Both the position numbers and the translations under genes were made by a program. The notes beneath the pieces are model-generated. The model saw only the letters and a list, made by a program, of their open reading frames with translations, searched no databases and had not been told where the DNA came from. Source: Dendrobates tinctorius (Eukaryota). Taken from it: a stretch of 64,000 nt of DNA. Of the stretch, positions 27,986 to 41,229 are shown piece after piece; position 1 is the stretch's first letter; each line of letters begins with the position of its first letter. The stretch spans positions 7,006,001 to 7,070,000 of the forward strand of contig NW_027361752.1 of assembly GCF_039654945.1 (NCBI RefSeq). Reading direction: 5' to 3'.

Positions 27986-28351
27986 CTCTTAAGGCATATA
28001 TGCTGGGAAAAGCTCCTAATCTATGAAACAAACTGTGGTCTAGTCAGCAGACTGAGGTCAAAGAACTGTCATTTGACCTTCATTGGGTTAAGCTTTTGTC
28101 ATACCGAATGGAGATGTAAACTCAACTTTTTAATACAAATAGTATTTGGGTCAGATTAAAAAAAAAACAAAAAACACACACATAAGAATGGTCTTTCTTT
28201 CCAAAGACAGCCTATGAACATTGTATCCCATGTATGCCTATCATGTGACTGAGAAACTTGAAAAACCTAAGGAGAACCCAATGCAAGCCGCATGCAGTAA
28301 CACATTCTTTTTTGTTTTAGTTTTCTAGAACTCAGGCCCTTTAACACCAAG

Positions 28352-29218
28352 ATGAAGGATCGTCTTCACGAGCTCATGCAAAAAGCAAAACACCTGGAAG
28401 AGTGCAAGACAGAAGAGCCCGATGGAGAAGACGCTGTAGTCATCCGTCCGCAAGCTGTGGTCTTTGAACGAGAGCCCATCATTGAGGGCTGTTTGCACGA
28501 AATAAGGAAAGTTCAAAATGATATCACAGATCTCTCAGAAAATGTGACTAAGTTTGGACAACAACAAAAAGTTCTCATCTCCTCCATGAGAAGATTCAGT
28601 GTCCTAAAAAAGGAAAGCAATATAACGCAGGAAATCAAGGTCCAAGCCGAGAGCATAAAAAGGCACTTGGACACTTTAGCACAGCAGGCTCAGAAGGCAG
28701 AGACCGAGAGAGGATCGTCCTCCAGTCTTACCAGAGTCCTAAACATTCACCATGCCACCTTGTTCCGAAGCTTCCAATCCGTAATGTTCCGCTATAATGA
28801 GGCCATTACCAGCAAACAGGCCAATTGTAAAAAATTCATCGTAAGGCAACTAGAGGTTGCTGGCAAAGAAGTCAGTGAGGAGGAGGTGAACAACATGATG
28901 GAACAGGGCAAATGGGATGTCTTCAATGAGAACCTCCTCCATGAAGACAAAATTACCAAAGGGCAACTGAACGAGATCGAGCAGAGACACAAAGAACTGA
29001 TTACTTTAGAGAATCAGATCAAGGACTTAAGAGACATTTTTCTCCAAGTTTCTATTTTAGCAGAGGAGCAAGGAGAGACTTTAAACAACATAGAAAAGGC
29101 TGTAATGAACACGGAGGAATATATCCAGAGGACCAATGAAAAGATTAAGCTAGCTGTTAAATACAAGAAGAGAAACCCATGCAAGATGTTGTTTTGCTGC
29201 TGTTGTCCATGTTGTTAA
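28352..29218 (+). CDS. STX19: Syntaxin-19 (288 aa, single coding exon), nested antisense in ARL13B intron 3
   Basis: MKDRLHEL N-peptide, Habc and SNARE coiled coil, no transmembrane helix, Cys-rich tail (KKRNPCKMLFCCCCPCC). Acceptor TTTTGTTTTAG at 28320. Synteny with ARL13B and PROS1 favours STX19 over STX11. Confidence 0.95.
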   Translation: MKDRLHELMQKAKHLEECKTEEPDGEDAVVIRPQAVVFEREPIIEGCLHEIRKVQNDITDLSENVTKFGQQQKVLISSMRRFSVLKKESNITQEIKVQAESIKRHLDTLAQQAQKAETERGSSSSLTRVLNIHHATLFRSFQSVMFRYNEAITSKQANCKKFIVRQLEVAGKEVSEEEVNNMMEQGKWDVFNENLLHEDKITKGQLNEIEQRHKELITLENQIKDLRDIFLQVSILAEEQGETLNNIEKAVMNTEEYIQRTNEKIKLAVKYKKRNPCKMLFCCCCPCC

Positions 29219-30101
29219 AATGGGATTCCGGGTTCTCTTTAGGATAGGCTAGTATTGTGCCAAGTTGGTGGAGATCTGACTCACTGGAACCAGTGTTTCA
29301 TAGTGGTGCAACGCTCATGAGAAAGTGGCCACCTCTTTACAGCTTGCATTGCTATGTATGCCCACACGTTATTTCCTACTTAGTCGTAGCTTTGTAGGAC
29401 GTTACAGTTTTCCAATTAAAGAGGTTTACCGGGAATTTGTTTAAATTTATTTTTTTACTAAGAACAATCATTGAAAATATCAAACTCATAGGTTACGCAC
29501 CCTCCACTCTACTCCAATGCTGCATCTCCATCACTGCTCCATTCTTTGCTACCGTACACAGGACCACTGCAGCCAATCATTCCGGTGAGAAGCTCATGCC
29601 ATTCACACAGGCATCACCCAGTGATTGGCTGTAAAAGTTACATGGGCTGGTGTCATGACCACTGAAGGCATCAAGGAGCAAGTCAGCAGAGAAGCAGCAC
29701 TAGAGCAGGAAAACGCGAGAGCAGAGATTGTCATTTTCAATTACTACAAGTCAAGGAATCCTAAACAAGTGTTCCCTCAAAAAAATAATTCAGGCTATGA
29801 TCACAGTTTGAGGCATTTTCAGAGCTGAAACAGAGCACAAATTCTCAAAATACTCCTCAAAAACTTGGGAGTTTCTGCTCCAAAAGCTCAGCAAATCGAC
29901 TCCATGCACATACGCTCAGAGTGAACTGGCTCATAACTGGGAGAATGTCCACCACTGATCGGATACAGATAGGTCACTCATAAAAACCCCTCAGAGAAAC
30001 CCTTCATGACAGATGCCTTCGGATGTTACATATTTTTTTTTACTTTATTTAATGTTTTATAGGCCATTTTATGCCACATGTTTTTACACAGTTTGTTAGG
30101 G

Positions 30102-30107
30102 AATAAA
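30102..30107 (+). terminator. Candidate STX19 polyadenylation signal
   Basis: AATAAA about 880 nt after the stop codon, followed by GT-rich sequence. An ATTAAA also occurs at about 29415. Confidence 0.4.
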
Positions 30108-30519
30108 AGAATTGTTCTACCAAGATGTGTGTCCTCTGACTATCAATAAGACACTATTCACATTAGAGCTCAATGTGTGCCCGTACGGCTCCATTTCCTA
30201 TTTATCAAGGGCATCAGGGCATTTGAAGTTTTATTCTATGTTTAGGTAAGAGATCAGACTATCTACCATAGAAGAATCCACATGTGACTGTGCGGAATGC
30301 TACAGCCGGAAGAGTGTTAAAGAAGACTTCCAGCTTGTAGACGTTGGCAGTCTTCTGAACAATATATACTGCCAGCACTTGTATGATACACAGTATGTAC
30401 CCCTGATCTTCTGCAGAGCATAGGGAGTAACATTTTTCCTTGCTCAGCACTGCCCTGACCATCCAAAGTTGAGAGAACGATTCTGCTGTCCTATTCCAGA
30501 GAATGTGGTTGGCTGCAGT

Positions 30520-30650
30520 TCTGTGCTGCCAGGTGAGGCTGGGGACACCCCTGTGCTGCCAGGTGTGGCTGAGGACACCCCTGGGCTGCCAGGTGTGGCT
30601 GGGGACACCCCTGGGCTGCCAGGTGTGGCTGGGGACACCCCTGGGCTGGG
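30520..30650. repeat. 30-bp minisatellite, about 4 copies
   Basis: gctgccaggtgtggctggggacacccctgg repeats. Confidence 0.85.
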
Positions 30651-32762
30651 AAAGGAAAAGTGGACACAGGGCTGAACCAGCACTGCGGACCCTTTATTCA
30701 TAGCATGAATAGGTGTCCAAAAGGTCAGGAACCCACCCATCATAACATGATCATGTTCTACTTTTACAGAAACCTGGATCAGCAGCCACCATCAGTAATC
30801 CGTGGCTGACGAACCAGAACACTACGAATCTGAAGCTACCGGGGGCATCCTTGTTGCCTGTTATGATTAGTAGGCCCTGCAATGCAACATCCTGATGGCC
30901 TACTTTTCAGAAGAGGTGTTGAATATGCTGGCAGGTAAGAGAAGGTTTATAGTGCCAGATAACAGAGGAGTACCGACATTGCCCTCTGACCAGGGTAGTT
31001 CAACTCCTAAAGTAAATACAATAGAAAACTACAGCTGTCCCATCTAAACAATTGCCAGCCCGACCATGGGTCTCCTGAACTAAACTAACAGCATCAATCA
31101 CAGTACTCCCAGGAAATGCAATCGTAAAACATACATAAAAGTGACAATAATACGGTTGTGAGAATTAACGGCAGGAGAGAGAGGTCCTGAGAGCAGGATT
31201 TCACTTTGGTGTAGGACATCAGTGGTTACACAGGATTAGAAAAACAAGACAAAACAATGTCACCTAAAAAAAAAAAAAAAAATAGGAGGAAAACACTAGG
31301 TCTGTAGTGCCAGAGCCACCTATAGGTGCTGACCCTCTAAATCTGAGGTGCAGTTTTTCTGTCACTCTGAAGGACTGCAATATACCGTAAATGAATTTTA
31401 GACAAAGTCAGGGCAAAGTAAAAGTAATATTTGTAGGTGGGTGGGATGCAACTTTTATGAATACCACCTTTCAGGAGAAGGGAGGACTGTGTCTCCCCCA
31501 CTCAGCACTCTAAAAAGAGTAGGAGGCCATGCGATCAAGTGTTTCTCTCTATTAAAAAATATGGCTGTGTAATTGCCTCGCATGTCACAACTTCTTCATA
31601 CTCCAGGGGAGAGAGCCGTCACAGTACATCACCTTTTCACCATTTTATATGCTCCATTAGGCCATGTTCACACGTTCAGTATTTTACGCCAGTATGTGTA
31701 AGCCGTGGGTGAAAAATACAGAAGTGGTTATGTTTTTTTATTATACTTTTCCTCTATTGGTTTTGGCTTACAAATAATGATGTAAAATACTGACCAAAAA
31801 AATGAATGTCTAAATGTGACCTTATGTAGTGCCAAACAGGGGTCAAGGATTTCTATCCTCCTGATATATGTGGGATCCAGAGATTTGTACCACTTTGCTC
31901 CACTAGTACTGGTCTGTGCCGGCTGCACCTAAGCTCTGTGCCATTGTTCTTCTCGGTTTGTGTCTCCTCATATGTGGCTGAAGTTACATTCAATTAACTC
32001 AATAAATAAGTTCTTCAAGAATGTAGTAAAACGGCCACTGTATCAGGGTGCAGTCTGAAGAAGTCACAGCTCCTGTGATCTGCATCTCAACTTACAGATG
32101 ACCTGTATTGTAAGCATACATATCAGAACCTCACCAGTATGTGTGCTTATGATACATCTCCTCTGACAGTTGAGACAGCTTTCAGAAGCAGAGTTTCTTG
32201 AATCTGCAGCCAGCCTTATATGAGACCAAGATGGGCAGCTGTTTGAATTATGTGACAGGGACTAGTCCATTACATTTTTGGAGAACACCATTGACAAGCG
32301 CATACCAATTAATAAATCAGGAGCATCTTACAGCTGTGTGCCTCTGGTAGAAATGTCAGGGGATGCAGTAAATGTCTTAAGTTACACCATTAAAGTGGTG
32401 TAACCCTTCATTAATTTGACAGGGGGTGAGGCGTTGGCCACTCCTTGGCTGCCCTTGCTACACGGATATTGTCGTAACTGGCCAGAATTAGCATGAAAAT
32501 GACAAAAGTAGAAATAATTTTGAGCATCTTCAAAGTTGCGCAGAAATTTTGAGACTTAAGGTGATAAACATCAGAGTTCTTGGTGAATAGTACCTTAGTG
32601 AAGTTGGCGCCTTATTGTATTTTTAGATTTTTTTAAGGTCTTGGAAAATCTTTGTGTGCATGTTTCGTGCAGGAAAATTTTTTTACCGCAGATAGTAATT
32701 ATCTACTACAAAAATTCCAGAAGATAAAGGAATTAGACACCATAAACAGATGCTTTACTCAC

Positions 32763-33012
32763 ACTAATACTGGCTTCCCTGCAATCTTGGGATGTCGGAG
32801 AACCTCCGCCACAGTCTCCTTTGTTTCTTCCATCCTGTCGACATCACTGGAATCAATAACAAACACCACTCCATAGGACTCGGCATAATAGTTTTTCCAA
32901 ATGCCACGGATCTGCTTGCCACCGCCGAGATCAAACATTGTGATGTCAAATCTGCCCTGTCGAATATCTGCTTTGGAGAAGCCCACCGTCGGGGCCACAT
33001 CTTGTGGAGATT
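32763..33012 (-). CDS. ARL13B: ARL13B coding exon 3 ([13 protein letters not shown]...[22 protein letters not shown]...GKPVLV)
   Basis: Lies within ORF 32759..33253. 250 nt, TTACAG acceptor, GTGAGT donor. The DLGGG switch II (Gly in place of the catalytic Gln) is diagnostic of ARL13. Confidence 0.97.
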
Positions 33013-34087
33013 CTGTAACAAAAGAGCAATGGTCAGGAATGCAGGCGCCATGTTCCAGGAACAACATGAGTATGTGGTACATTTTATCTAGCTGCAGGTT
33101 TTGTTGAAAGAACAAGGTCTCCTGCTGGACTTTAAATGTCATTCCAAAAAAATACTTAACACTTCCATGGCCGCTGTCACTACAGTAACAAAATGTTTTA
33201 AGCTCTTCTGTAACATTAACTACTACATAAAAATGGGGAGAGTCACCCATCATTCATTGACGAGGGGGCGTTCTGGAGCAAACTCTCCTGATTCATTAAG
33301 AGGCGCATAACGGCATGTACCACTATGTGCACCTCACCACAAATCTTACTCCAGTTTCTGCTGGAGTAAGATTTGCGGCATATTGAATGCCGCCTCTCGT
33401 CATGAATTTGACAAGCAGGGACCGCCACGTCTCACACGCTACAGCTATCCCCACTTTGTTGGAGTTCGGGTGAAAATAGCAAGAATACGCCAGACCCAGA
33501 CCTTACTACAAGGGACCGCAGCAGACCCTACATATAAAAGCTATAAGGTAAAGGAAACCTCTCTTTTTGGTCACCTTCTTGCTTTGCTCTACTCTAGTAG
33601 TGTCCTTGTCCATCAGAAAAAAAAAAAAAGAAACGTACGTAGATACTGTGAAGCTTTACTGACAATCCAATAAAAGCATGGCACTTGCAGCTCCGGGGAT
33701 GTGGCGAGCTGTGAGACAGGTTATGGTCGCATTGTGGATCAAGATGCTTCTAGCAGCCTAATATTGCTAAAAATCAGGTGCAAATCAGCTGTCAAAAGTT
33801 AAGGAGGTGAGGACACTGGGGTCTTCGGATAAAAGTCCAGTCACTCTATGCATCTACAGACTACTGGCTCCTTACAGCACGTTCAAGATAAGTGAATGAG
33901 ACACTGCACGACTAGTCAGAATGTGACCGGATGTAAGCAAATCACGTACTTGCAGTCACTTGACTGCCTGCTCTCACCAGCAATACTGGAAAATCTTGAC
34001 AGCGAGCGATGCACAGGCTGTAAGGATTCACACTTTTTCAGTCACAGAGTGATTAAGACTTATCAGAAGACCGGACAACACCCTTAA

Positions 34088-34464
34088 AGGGAACCGGTCA
34101 CCAGTTTTGTCCTGTGTCAACTAAAACTATGACCTTAATCAGCACCTGTGCTGCAGTCCATCAATGGTTATATAACCCTCTGACTGCCCCGTTTCAAAAC
34201 TTTCGAGATTTCACCCGGCTATGATGATGCCGCAGGAGTCTTCAACATCAATTATAGCAGGAGGATGGCTATCAGTAGCCGAGAGGAGGGATGGAGACCG
34301 CAGAATCCATGCCCACCGGACCAAACCGACAGGCTTAACATACAGCGTGGGAGAAAATCCAAAATGTTTTTTGTAGGTTATGCAGGGGGGAGTGAAGGGG
34401 TTAAATAACCACTGATTAAGGTCATAGTTTTAGTTGACACTAGACAACTGGTGACAGGTTCCCT
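34088..34464. mobile_element. Kolobok/T2-type MITE
   Basis: TTAA TSD, AGGGAACC.GTCACCAGTT TIRs. Confidence 0.75.
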
Positions 34465-35047
34465 TTAATAAAAAAAAAAAAGAAAGAAAAATCCCCACTA
34501 GTATGAGATGTTTCTCATTTATTAAGAGGTGGCAGCTCGCAGCCACAAATTCAGCGCATCTCTGTGCATGTGCCAGAAGAGCAGATCTACTCCAGCAGTG
34601 TCCTGCACATCAGGAGCGCCACTTTCTGGCATAAATTATTGTAGATCAGTTGAACGGTCCATGGCCCCACGGCTTTCACTAATCTCCACCTACTTGTTAG
34701 AAATGTGTCATGAGGAGAAAATACAACCTATGTGTAAATGATTGTTTCTGTTTAGTCCCGATATGTGTGTGTGTGTGGTTAAGCATGGTTTATGTTCCTT
34801 GGTGCCTAGGCCAGAACTAGACGGTGCACGCACAGATTTCCAGAAAGGCTTGGGATGACATACCCTGTTCTCAGGGAAAACCACCAACCCACATAGGACA
34901 GATTAGCAGCAGCAAGTGTAATTCTGCACTTCTTTGCCATCCGACAGCTGTTCTTGGGATCTAGAGTTCTGCTCTCAGGATCACTGGGGGTGTGAAGGAG
35001 AGTATGGCTGATGAAATCAATTATTGACCTTACATAAGCTCGCTTAA

Positions 35048-35598
35048 AGGGAATCTGTCACCCCTTTTTCCACTATCAGCTGCCGGCATTGACATCAGGG
35101 GCTTATCTACAGCATTCTGTAATGCTGTAGATAAGCCCCCGATGTAACCTGAAAGATAAGAAAAGCACGTTAGATTTTATACTCGTCGGATGGGGCGGTC
35201 CGGTCCGATGGGTGTCACCGTCAGGTCCGGCGCCTCCCATCTTCATACGATGTCGTCCTCTTCTTCCCTTCCTGTTGTGGCTCCAGCGCAGGTGTCGGGA
35301 GAAGTCTGGCGCCTGCGCACTGCAGTATTCTGGCTGCCCTCAACAGGGCAGAGCAGTGCGCCTACGCCACTACAGGAAGGGAAGAAGAGGACGGCATCGT
35401 ATGAAGATGGGAGGCGCCAGACCGGACGGCGAAACCCATCGGACTGGACCGCCCCATCCGGCGAGTATAATCTAACGTGCTTTTATCATCTTTCAGGTTA
35501 CATCGGGGGCTTATCTACAGCATTACAAAATGTTGTAGATAAGCCCCTGATGTCAATGCCGGCAGCTGATAGGCCAAAAACAGGGTGACAGATTCCCT
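35048..35598. mobile_element. Kolobok/T2-type MITE, near-perfect 550-bp palindrome
   Basis: TTAA TSD, AGGGAATCTGTCACCC TIRs, arms complementary almost to the centre. Confidence 0.85.
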
Positions 35599-36577
35599 TT
35601 AAGCATAAGATGGCGCCTGCATCTGGGACACCACCCTGTTATGCAAGATGGATCCGGGAGGAAGCTGATGCAACACACAAGACCATATAAAGAATCAGCC
35701 AATCACGGACATAGTGCGTAGCTTGCAAGCCATGCACAATCTCCGCCTTATCGCTTTCTACTACATAAGATACTGTATCTGTACCAATGAACGAGTTCTA
35801 AGCCTACTCTAATCAAGAGAGGAGCATACATCTGACTCTGTGTCCGGTGTCATTTCTTCTGTGCATGCAATGTTTTTATTCATTACATATTATACTTTAC
35901 GACAGTGGTAAATTTAGGTTGCTATATTTGACGATTATTTAAGAAAACATCAGAAATTTGACAAAAAAAAGTTGCAGTTTTAAAACTTTGAAAATAGTAA
36001 TTGCACATAAAATAGCATTTACCTTCTGTCTACCTTACATTATCACCATTGACAAATGTCATTTAATTATGTTAGAATGCTAAAAAAACATTAATTTTTC
36101 ATTTTTTTTTCAAAACAAAATTGACAACTTTTTTTTTTTTTTCTTTTTAGGCACCTATTCCATTTTCAAGTGACTTTGTGGAACCTATGTATTGGAACCC
36201 CCCAAAAAGTGATATCACTTTGGAAAACAGCACCGCTCAGTGTATTTGTTAACCCTTCAGGCACTTTTCAGGAATAAATAAATAGTGAATGACATGAATG
36301 AAAGATTATATTTGTACTACCTAAATGTTGCTAACATCTGGACAGGTCCTTATAGCCGGTAGACTCTAATTCTATTATTCGGCGGTGAATTCCCATACCA
36401 AACGTCAGGACCACGTGATCATGATCTCAGGGTGTCGATGGGGTTGAAGAAAAGGCCCCCCCACACTCTGTTAACCATCTACATGCCACTGACAGCAGCA
36501 TCTAGTAGGTGCCGACAATAATCAAGGCTGATGCAGCAGGGTGTTGGCTATACCGGACAGCTGCAGCATTTTCATCC

Positions 36578-39500
36578 AATAATAATAAATTTTATTTTTA
36601 TAGCGCCGACATATTCCGCAGCACTTTACATTTCAGAGGGGATTTGTACAGACAATAGACATTACAGCATAACAATAATCACATAGATCATAACAAATAC
36701 CAAGAGGAATGAGGGCCCTGCTTGCAAGCTTACAGTCTATGAGGAAAGAGGTAGACATGAAAGGTGGGTGGTAACAGTTGCCCTGATTGTATGGACCAGC
36801 CATAATGTTAAGTGTGTAACAGTACAGACACAGAGGGCTAATGGATGCATAAAGCATGTGGGAACATGATGCGGGGAACCTGGTTATGGTAAAACTTTTG
36901 GCTGTGTCACACAGGGATAGATTAGGTTAATGTGTTGAGGCGATAGGCCAGTCTGAATAAATGCGTTTTCAGGGCACGCTTAAAATCTTAAAATTGTGGG
37001 GATTGGGGACTAATCGTTTTGACCTGGGAAGTGCATTCCAAAGAATTGGAGCGGCACGTGTAAAGTCTTGGAGACGGGAGTGGGAGGTTCTGACTATTGA
37101 GAATGCTAACCTCAGGTCATCAGCAGAACGGAGGGCGCGGGTAGGGTGGTATACTGAAACAAGGGAGGAGATGTAAGGTGGCGCTGAGCTATGGAGGGCT
37201 TTGTGGGTGAGGGTAATAAGTTTATACTGAATTCTGGAGTGGATGGGTAGCCAGTGTAATGACTGGCACAAGGTAGAGGCATCGGTGTAACGATTGGTGA
37301 GGAATATCATCCTGGCTGCAGCATTCAAGACAGATTGGAGAGGGGAGAGTTTGGTAAGAGGGAGAACGATTAGAAGAGAGTTACAATAGTCCAGACGAGA
37401 ATGAATAAGAGAAACAGTAAGAGTTTTTGCAGAGTCAAAAGTAAGAAAAGGTCGAATTCTAGAAATGTTTTTGAGGTGCAGATGACAAGAGCGAGCCAGT
37501 GATCGAATGTGGGGGGCAAAGGAAATCTCGGAATCAAGTATGACCCCAAGACAGCGGGCCTGTTGCTGGGGAGTAATAGTGGAACCACACACAGAAATGG
37601 CAATGTCGGGTATAGGTACATTAGTAGAGGGAGGAAACACCAGGAGTTCAGTCTTTCGACAGGTTCAGTTTCAGATATAGTGAGGACCTGATATTAGACA
37701 CAGCATTTAGACAATCACCGGTGTTTTCTAGAAAGGCTGGCGTGATGTCAGGAGAAGAAGCGTATAATTGGGTGTCATCAGCATAGAGATGGTACTGGAA
37801 ACCAAATCTACTGATTGTTTGACCAATAGGGACAGTGTACAAGGAGAAGAGGAGGGGGCCTAGAACCGATCCTTGAGGGACCCCAACAGTAAGGGGAAGG
37901 TGAGAGGAGGAGGAACCGGCAAAAGATACAGTAAAGGAGCGGTCGGAGAGATAGGAGGAGAACCATGAGAGAACAGTGTCCTTGAGGCCAACGGAACGGA
38001 GCATAGTGAGGGGGAGCTGATGATCCACAGTGTCGAATGCTGCAGATAGATCCAAGAGAATTAGCATGGAGTAATGACCATTTGATTTAGCTGTTAGCAG
38101 ATCATTAGAGACTTTAGTGAGGGCAGTTTCAGTGGAGTGTAAAGAGCAGAAACCGGATTGGAGAGGGTCGAGAACAGAGTTTTCTGAGAGATAGCGGATA
38201 AGACGGGAGTGGACCAGGCGTTCCAGGAGTTTAGAGATGAAGGGAAGATTAGAGACAGGTCTATAGTTAGCGGCACAGTTTTGGTCGAGGGATGGTTTTT
38301 TAAGTAGTGGATGTATGATGGCACGCTTAAATGAGGGAAAAATACCAGAAGAGAGAGAGAGGTTAAATATTTTAGTTAGGTGAGGGGTGACAGCAGGGGA
38401 AAGGGACTGGAGGAGATGTGACGGAAATGGGTCACTGGTGCAAGTGGTGGGGCGAGAAGATGCAAGGAGCCTGCTTACTTCTTCTTCTGTGACTGGTTCA
38501 AAATCAGAGAGTGAGCTAGATGCAGTGGGGGAGGGAGGACAGTGCATGGTATGAGGTGATTGGGAGATAATTTCCTGTCGAATCTGGTCAATTTTTTCTT
38601 TGAAGTAATTGGCCAGATCGTCAGCTCGGAGCTCCGTGGTTGGGGCCTGTACTCTTGGGTTGAGTAGAGAATGAAAAGTGTCAAAGAGACGTTTTGGGTT
38701 ATTGGACAGTGAGGTGATGAGGGTGTTGAAATAGGCTTGTTTGGAGAGGTGAAGGGCAGTGTTGTATGTTCTAAGCATAAACTTAAAATGGATGAAATCT
38801 TCGTGTAGATTGGATTTTCTCCACAGACGTTCGGCGCACCTGGAGCACCGCTGCAGGAAACGTGTTTGCACCGTGTGCCAGGGTTGTCGCCGTCTGCGTT
38901 GTGGTGTTCTATTTATAGGGGGTGCAAATTCATCCAGGGCACTTTGAAGTGTTTCATTGTAATGCTTCAATGCAGAATCAGGACATGAGAGGGAGGAGAT
39001 GGGGCCAATGAAGGCTGCAAGTTCTTCATAAGTTTCTGGGTGTTAATGGCCTGTATGTTTCTATAAATATGGACAGTGGGGGTGACCTGAGCAGCCTGGC
39101 AGTTCTTGATAGAGAATGAAAGAAGATTGTGGTCAGAGAGCGGGAGAGGGGAGTTTGCAAAATCATCCACTGCACGAAGCCGAGAGAAGACCAAGTCGAG
39201 GGAGTTTCCGTCTTCATGCGTTGGAGAATTAGTAAGCTGCGAAAGGCCAAATGAGGAGGTTAGAGATAAAAGGTGAGTAGCAGATGGTGAGAGGGGAAGA
39301 GCAATGGGGATGTTGAAATCTCCCATGATGAGGGTAGGGACGTCACAGGAGAGAAAATGTGGAAGCCAAGTGGCAAAATGATCCAGGAACTGATGGGAGG
39401 GGCCGGGAGGACGATATACCACCGCCACTCGCATGGAGAAGGGGGTGTAGAGTCTGACGGCATGGACCTCAAAAGAAGGGAAGACTAGTGAGGGTAGTTG

Positions 39501-39757
39501 AGGGATAACCTGAAATGTACATTTTGGTGATAGGAGCAGACCAACGCCTCCACCTGCTCTATTGTCTGATCTTGGGGTATGAGAGAAGTGTAGCCCCCCG
39601 TATGAAAGAGCAGCAGCAGCGGTAGTGTCTGACTGCTGGATCCAGGTTTCAGTAAGAGCCAAGAGGTTAAGAGAATTAGAAAGGAAGTAGTCATGGATGA
39701 AGGAGAGTTTGTTACACACTGAGCGAGAATTCCAAAGTGCACAATTATGAGAGACAT
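36578..39757 (-). mobile_element. L2-clade LINE, 5'-truncated, APE endonuclease + reverse transcriptase ORF2 broken by a few frameshifts
   Basis: ORFs 38967-39719 (LALTETW, MGDFNI, SDHNL), 37648-38970 ([32 protein letters not shown]) and 36969-37640 (SRLDYCNS, LHWLP). 3' UTR ends in an (ATT)n tail. Confidence 0.95.
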
Positions 39758-39858
39758 TAAGGGATGCTATTCTCTTATTTCTCAGGTCAAGGCGTATTGC
39801 TGATCATTAAGGGGTTAAGGTAGTGTATTTTGTGGGCCGCTTATATCCCATGACTTAC

Positions 39859-39929
39859 CTCCTTGGATGCCTTTCACAGTTGCAGTTTTGCCAGCATTAT
39901 CCAAACCCACCATAACCAGAGTCACTTTT
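39859..39929 (-). CDS. ARL13B: ARL13B coding exon 2 ([23 protein letters not shown]; P-loop)
   Basis: Arf-like GLDNAGKT P-loop. 71 nt, TATAG acceptor, GTAAGT donor, phases consistent with both neighbouring exons. Confidence 0.96.
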
Positions 39930-40639
39930 CTATAGAGAAGGAAAAGAAAATGGATAAATGACACACAAATACCCTTCACATCATTTTTTTTTTTTTACAT
40001 AAAATAACATTTCTGAGCAAAAAAAAAAAAAAAAAAAGCAGTCATTCTGTGCCCACCTATTAAATGTGGAAAACCTGTAATACGAGCCTCATCTATTGCG
40101 CCATTTATAATACCCATATCTTCTGAGACCGAGTGGCTTTTGGGCACCAGTAAGTGGATGTGACTGAGACCTCTCTGCCCCCAAGGTGACTGCCCCAGGA
40201 GCACAACCCACCGGGTCCTTACAGAATCAATGACAAGGTAGCTTGTGTGACACTATGTCAGTATTCCCAAAGTCCAGTCCTCAAGAGCCACCAACAGGTC
40301 ATGTCTTCAGGATTTCCCTTAAAATTGCACAGGTGAGATCTGCTCACCTGCACAGGCAATAATTGCACCACCTGTCGATACTAAGGAAATCCTTAAAACC
40401 TGACCTATATATACACACACACACACACAGTGTATATATCACAGACATGAAGAAAAGAAATGGAGCACTCACATGGTCTTTCTTGTTGAATTCCTTTAAT
40501 CTATATTACATGATATCGACATCTCAATAAAGTGCATGGTGCAGTGTGCAGGAGACAGGGGAGTGAGCAGGTGAACAATCCTGTCGGACGACAGCAGTTC
40601 TGTGCTTCTACGGGTCCATGTCTAAGTGGACATATTTAA

Positions 40640-41080
40640 AGGGGTTGTCCACTACTATGACAACCCCTTCTTTAAACTAAATGTTTGGTCACTATAAAAT
40701 AAAGCTTATACTCACCTCCCATGCAGCCTCTATTCCAGCGGAGTTGGCACTCTCGGTATCAGGACTGCCTGGGGCTGTGATGCGGTGTTGTGACGCGTGA
40801 TGCCGGCACCCAGTCAGCGCTGGCGTCACAGTCTTCACCTTCAGACAAACTGAAGGTAAAGAGGAAATCTGGGCTGCGGCTGAGTCTTGGCCTCCTCTTC
40901 TTGTTCAATTTGTGAAGACAGTGACGCCAGCGCTGACTGGGTGCCGGCATCACGCGTCACAACACCACATCACAGCCTCGGTGAGAGTGGGTGCCTACAC
41001 TGCGGGAACGGAGCCGGAATGGGAGGAGAGAACAGGCTTTTTTATTTTTATCGGGGCTGTCCTAGCAGTGGAAAACCCCT
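40640..41080. mobile_element. Kolobok/T2-type MITE
   Basis: TTAA TSD, AGGGGTT.TCCACT TIRs, internal palindrome. Confidence 0.7.
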
Positions 41081-41167
41081 TTAAGGCTGAGCGCAGAGTT
41101 GTCATATAAGATCCACAGCTGGTGCACTAATCTGCATTTCCAGATCAGCCGTGTGTCTACAACTCAC

Positions 41168-41229
41168 CTCACCGGCTGACGCCATCGCTTAAACCAATTC
41201 CTACAGCAATTTGCCATTAGGCTAAACAT
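41168..41229 (-). CDS. ARL13B: ARL13B coding exon 1 (MFSLMANCCRNWFKRWRQPV-R)
   Basis: Manual translation matches the ARL13B N-terminus including the palmitoylated CC. 62 nt, phase 2, AG|GTGAGT donor at 41167. Confidence 0.95.

Noticed and set aside
33013-33253. N-terminal extension of ORF 32759..33253
   Set aside because: Intronic read-through. Homology starts at the acceptor at 33012.
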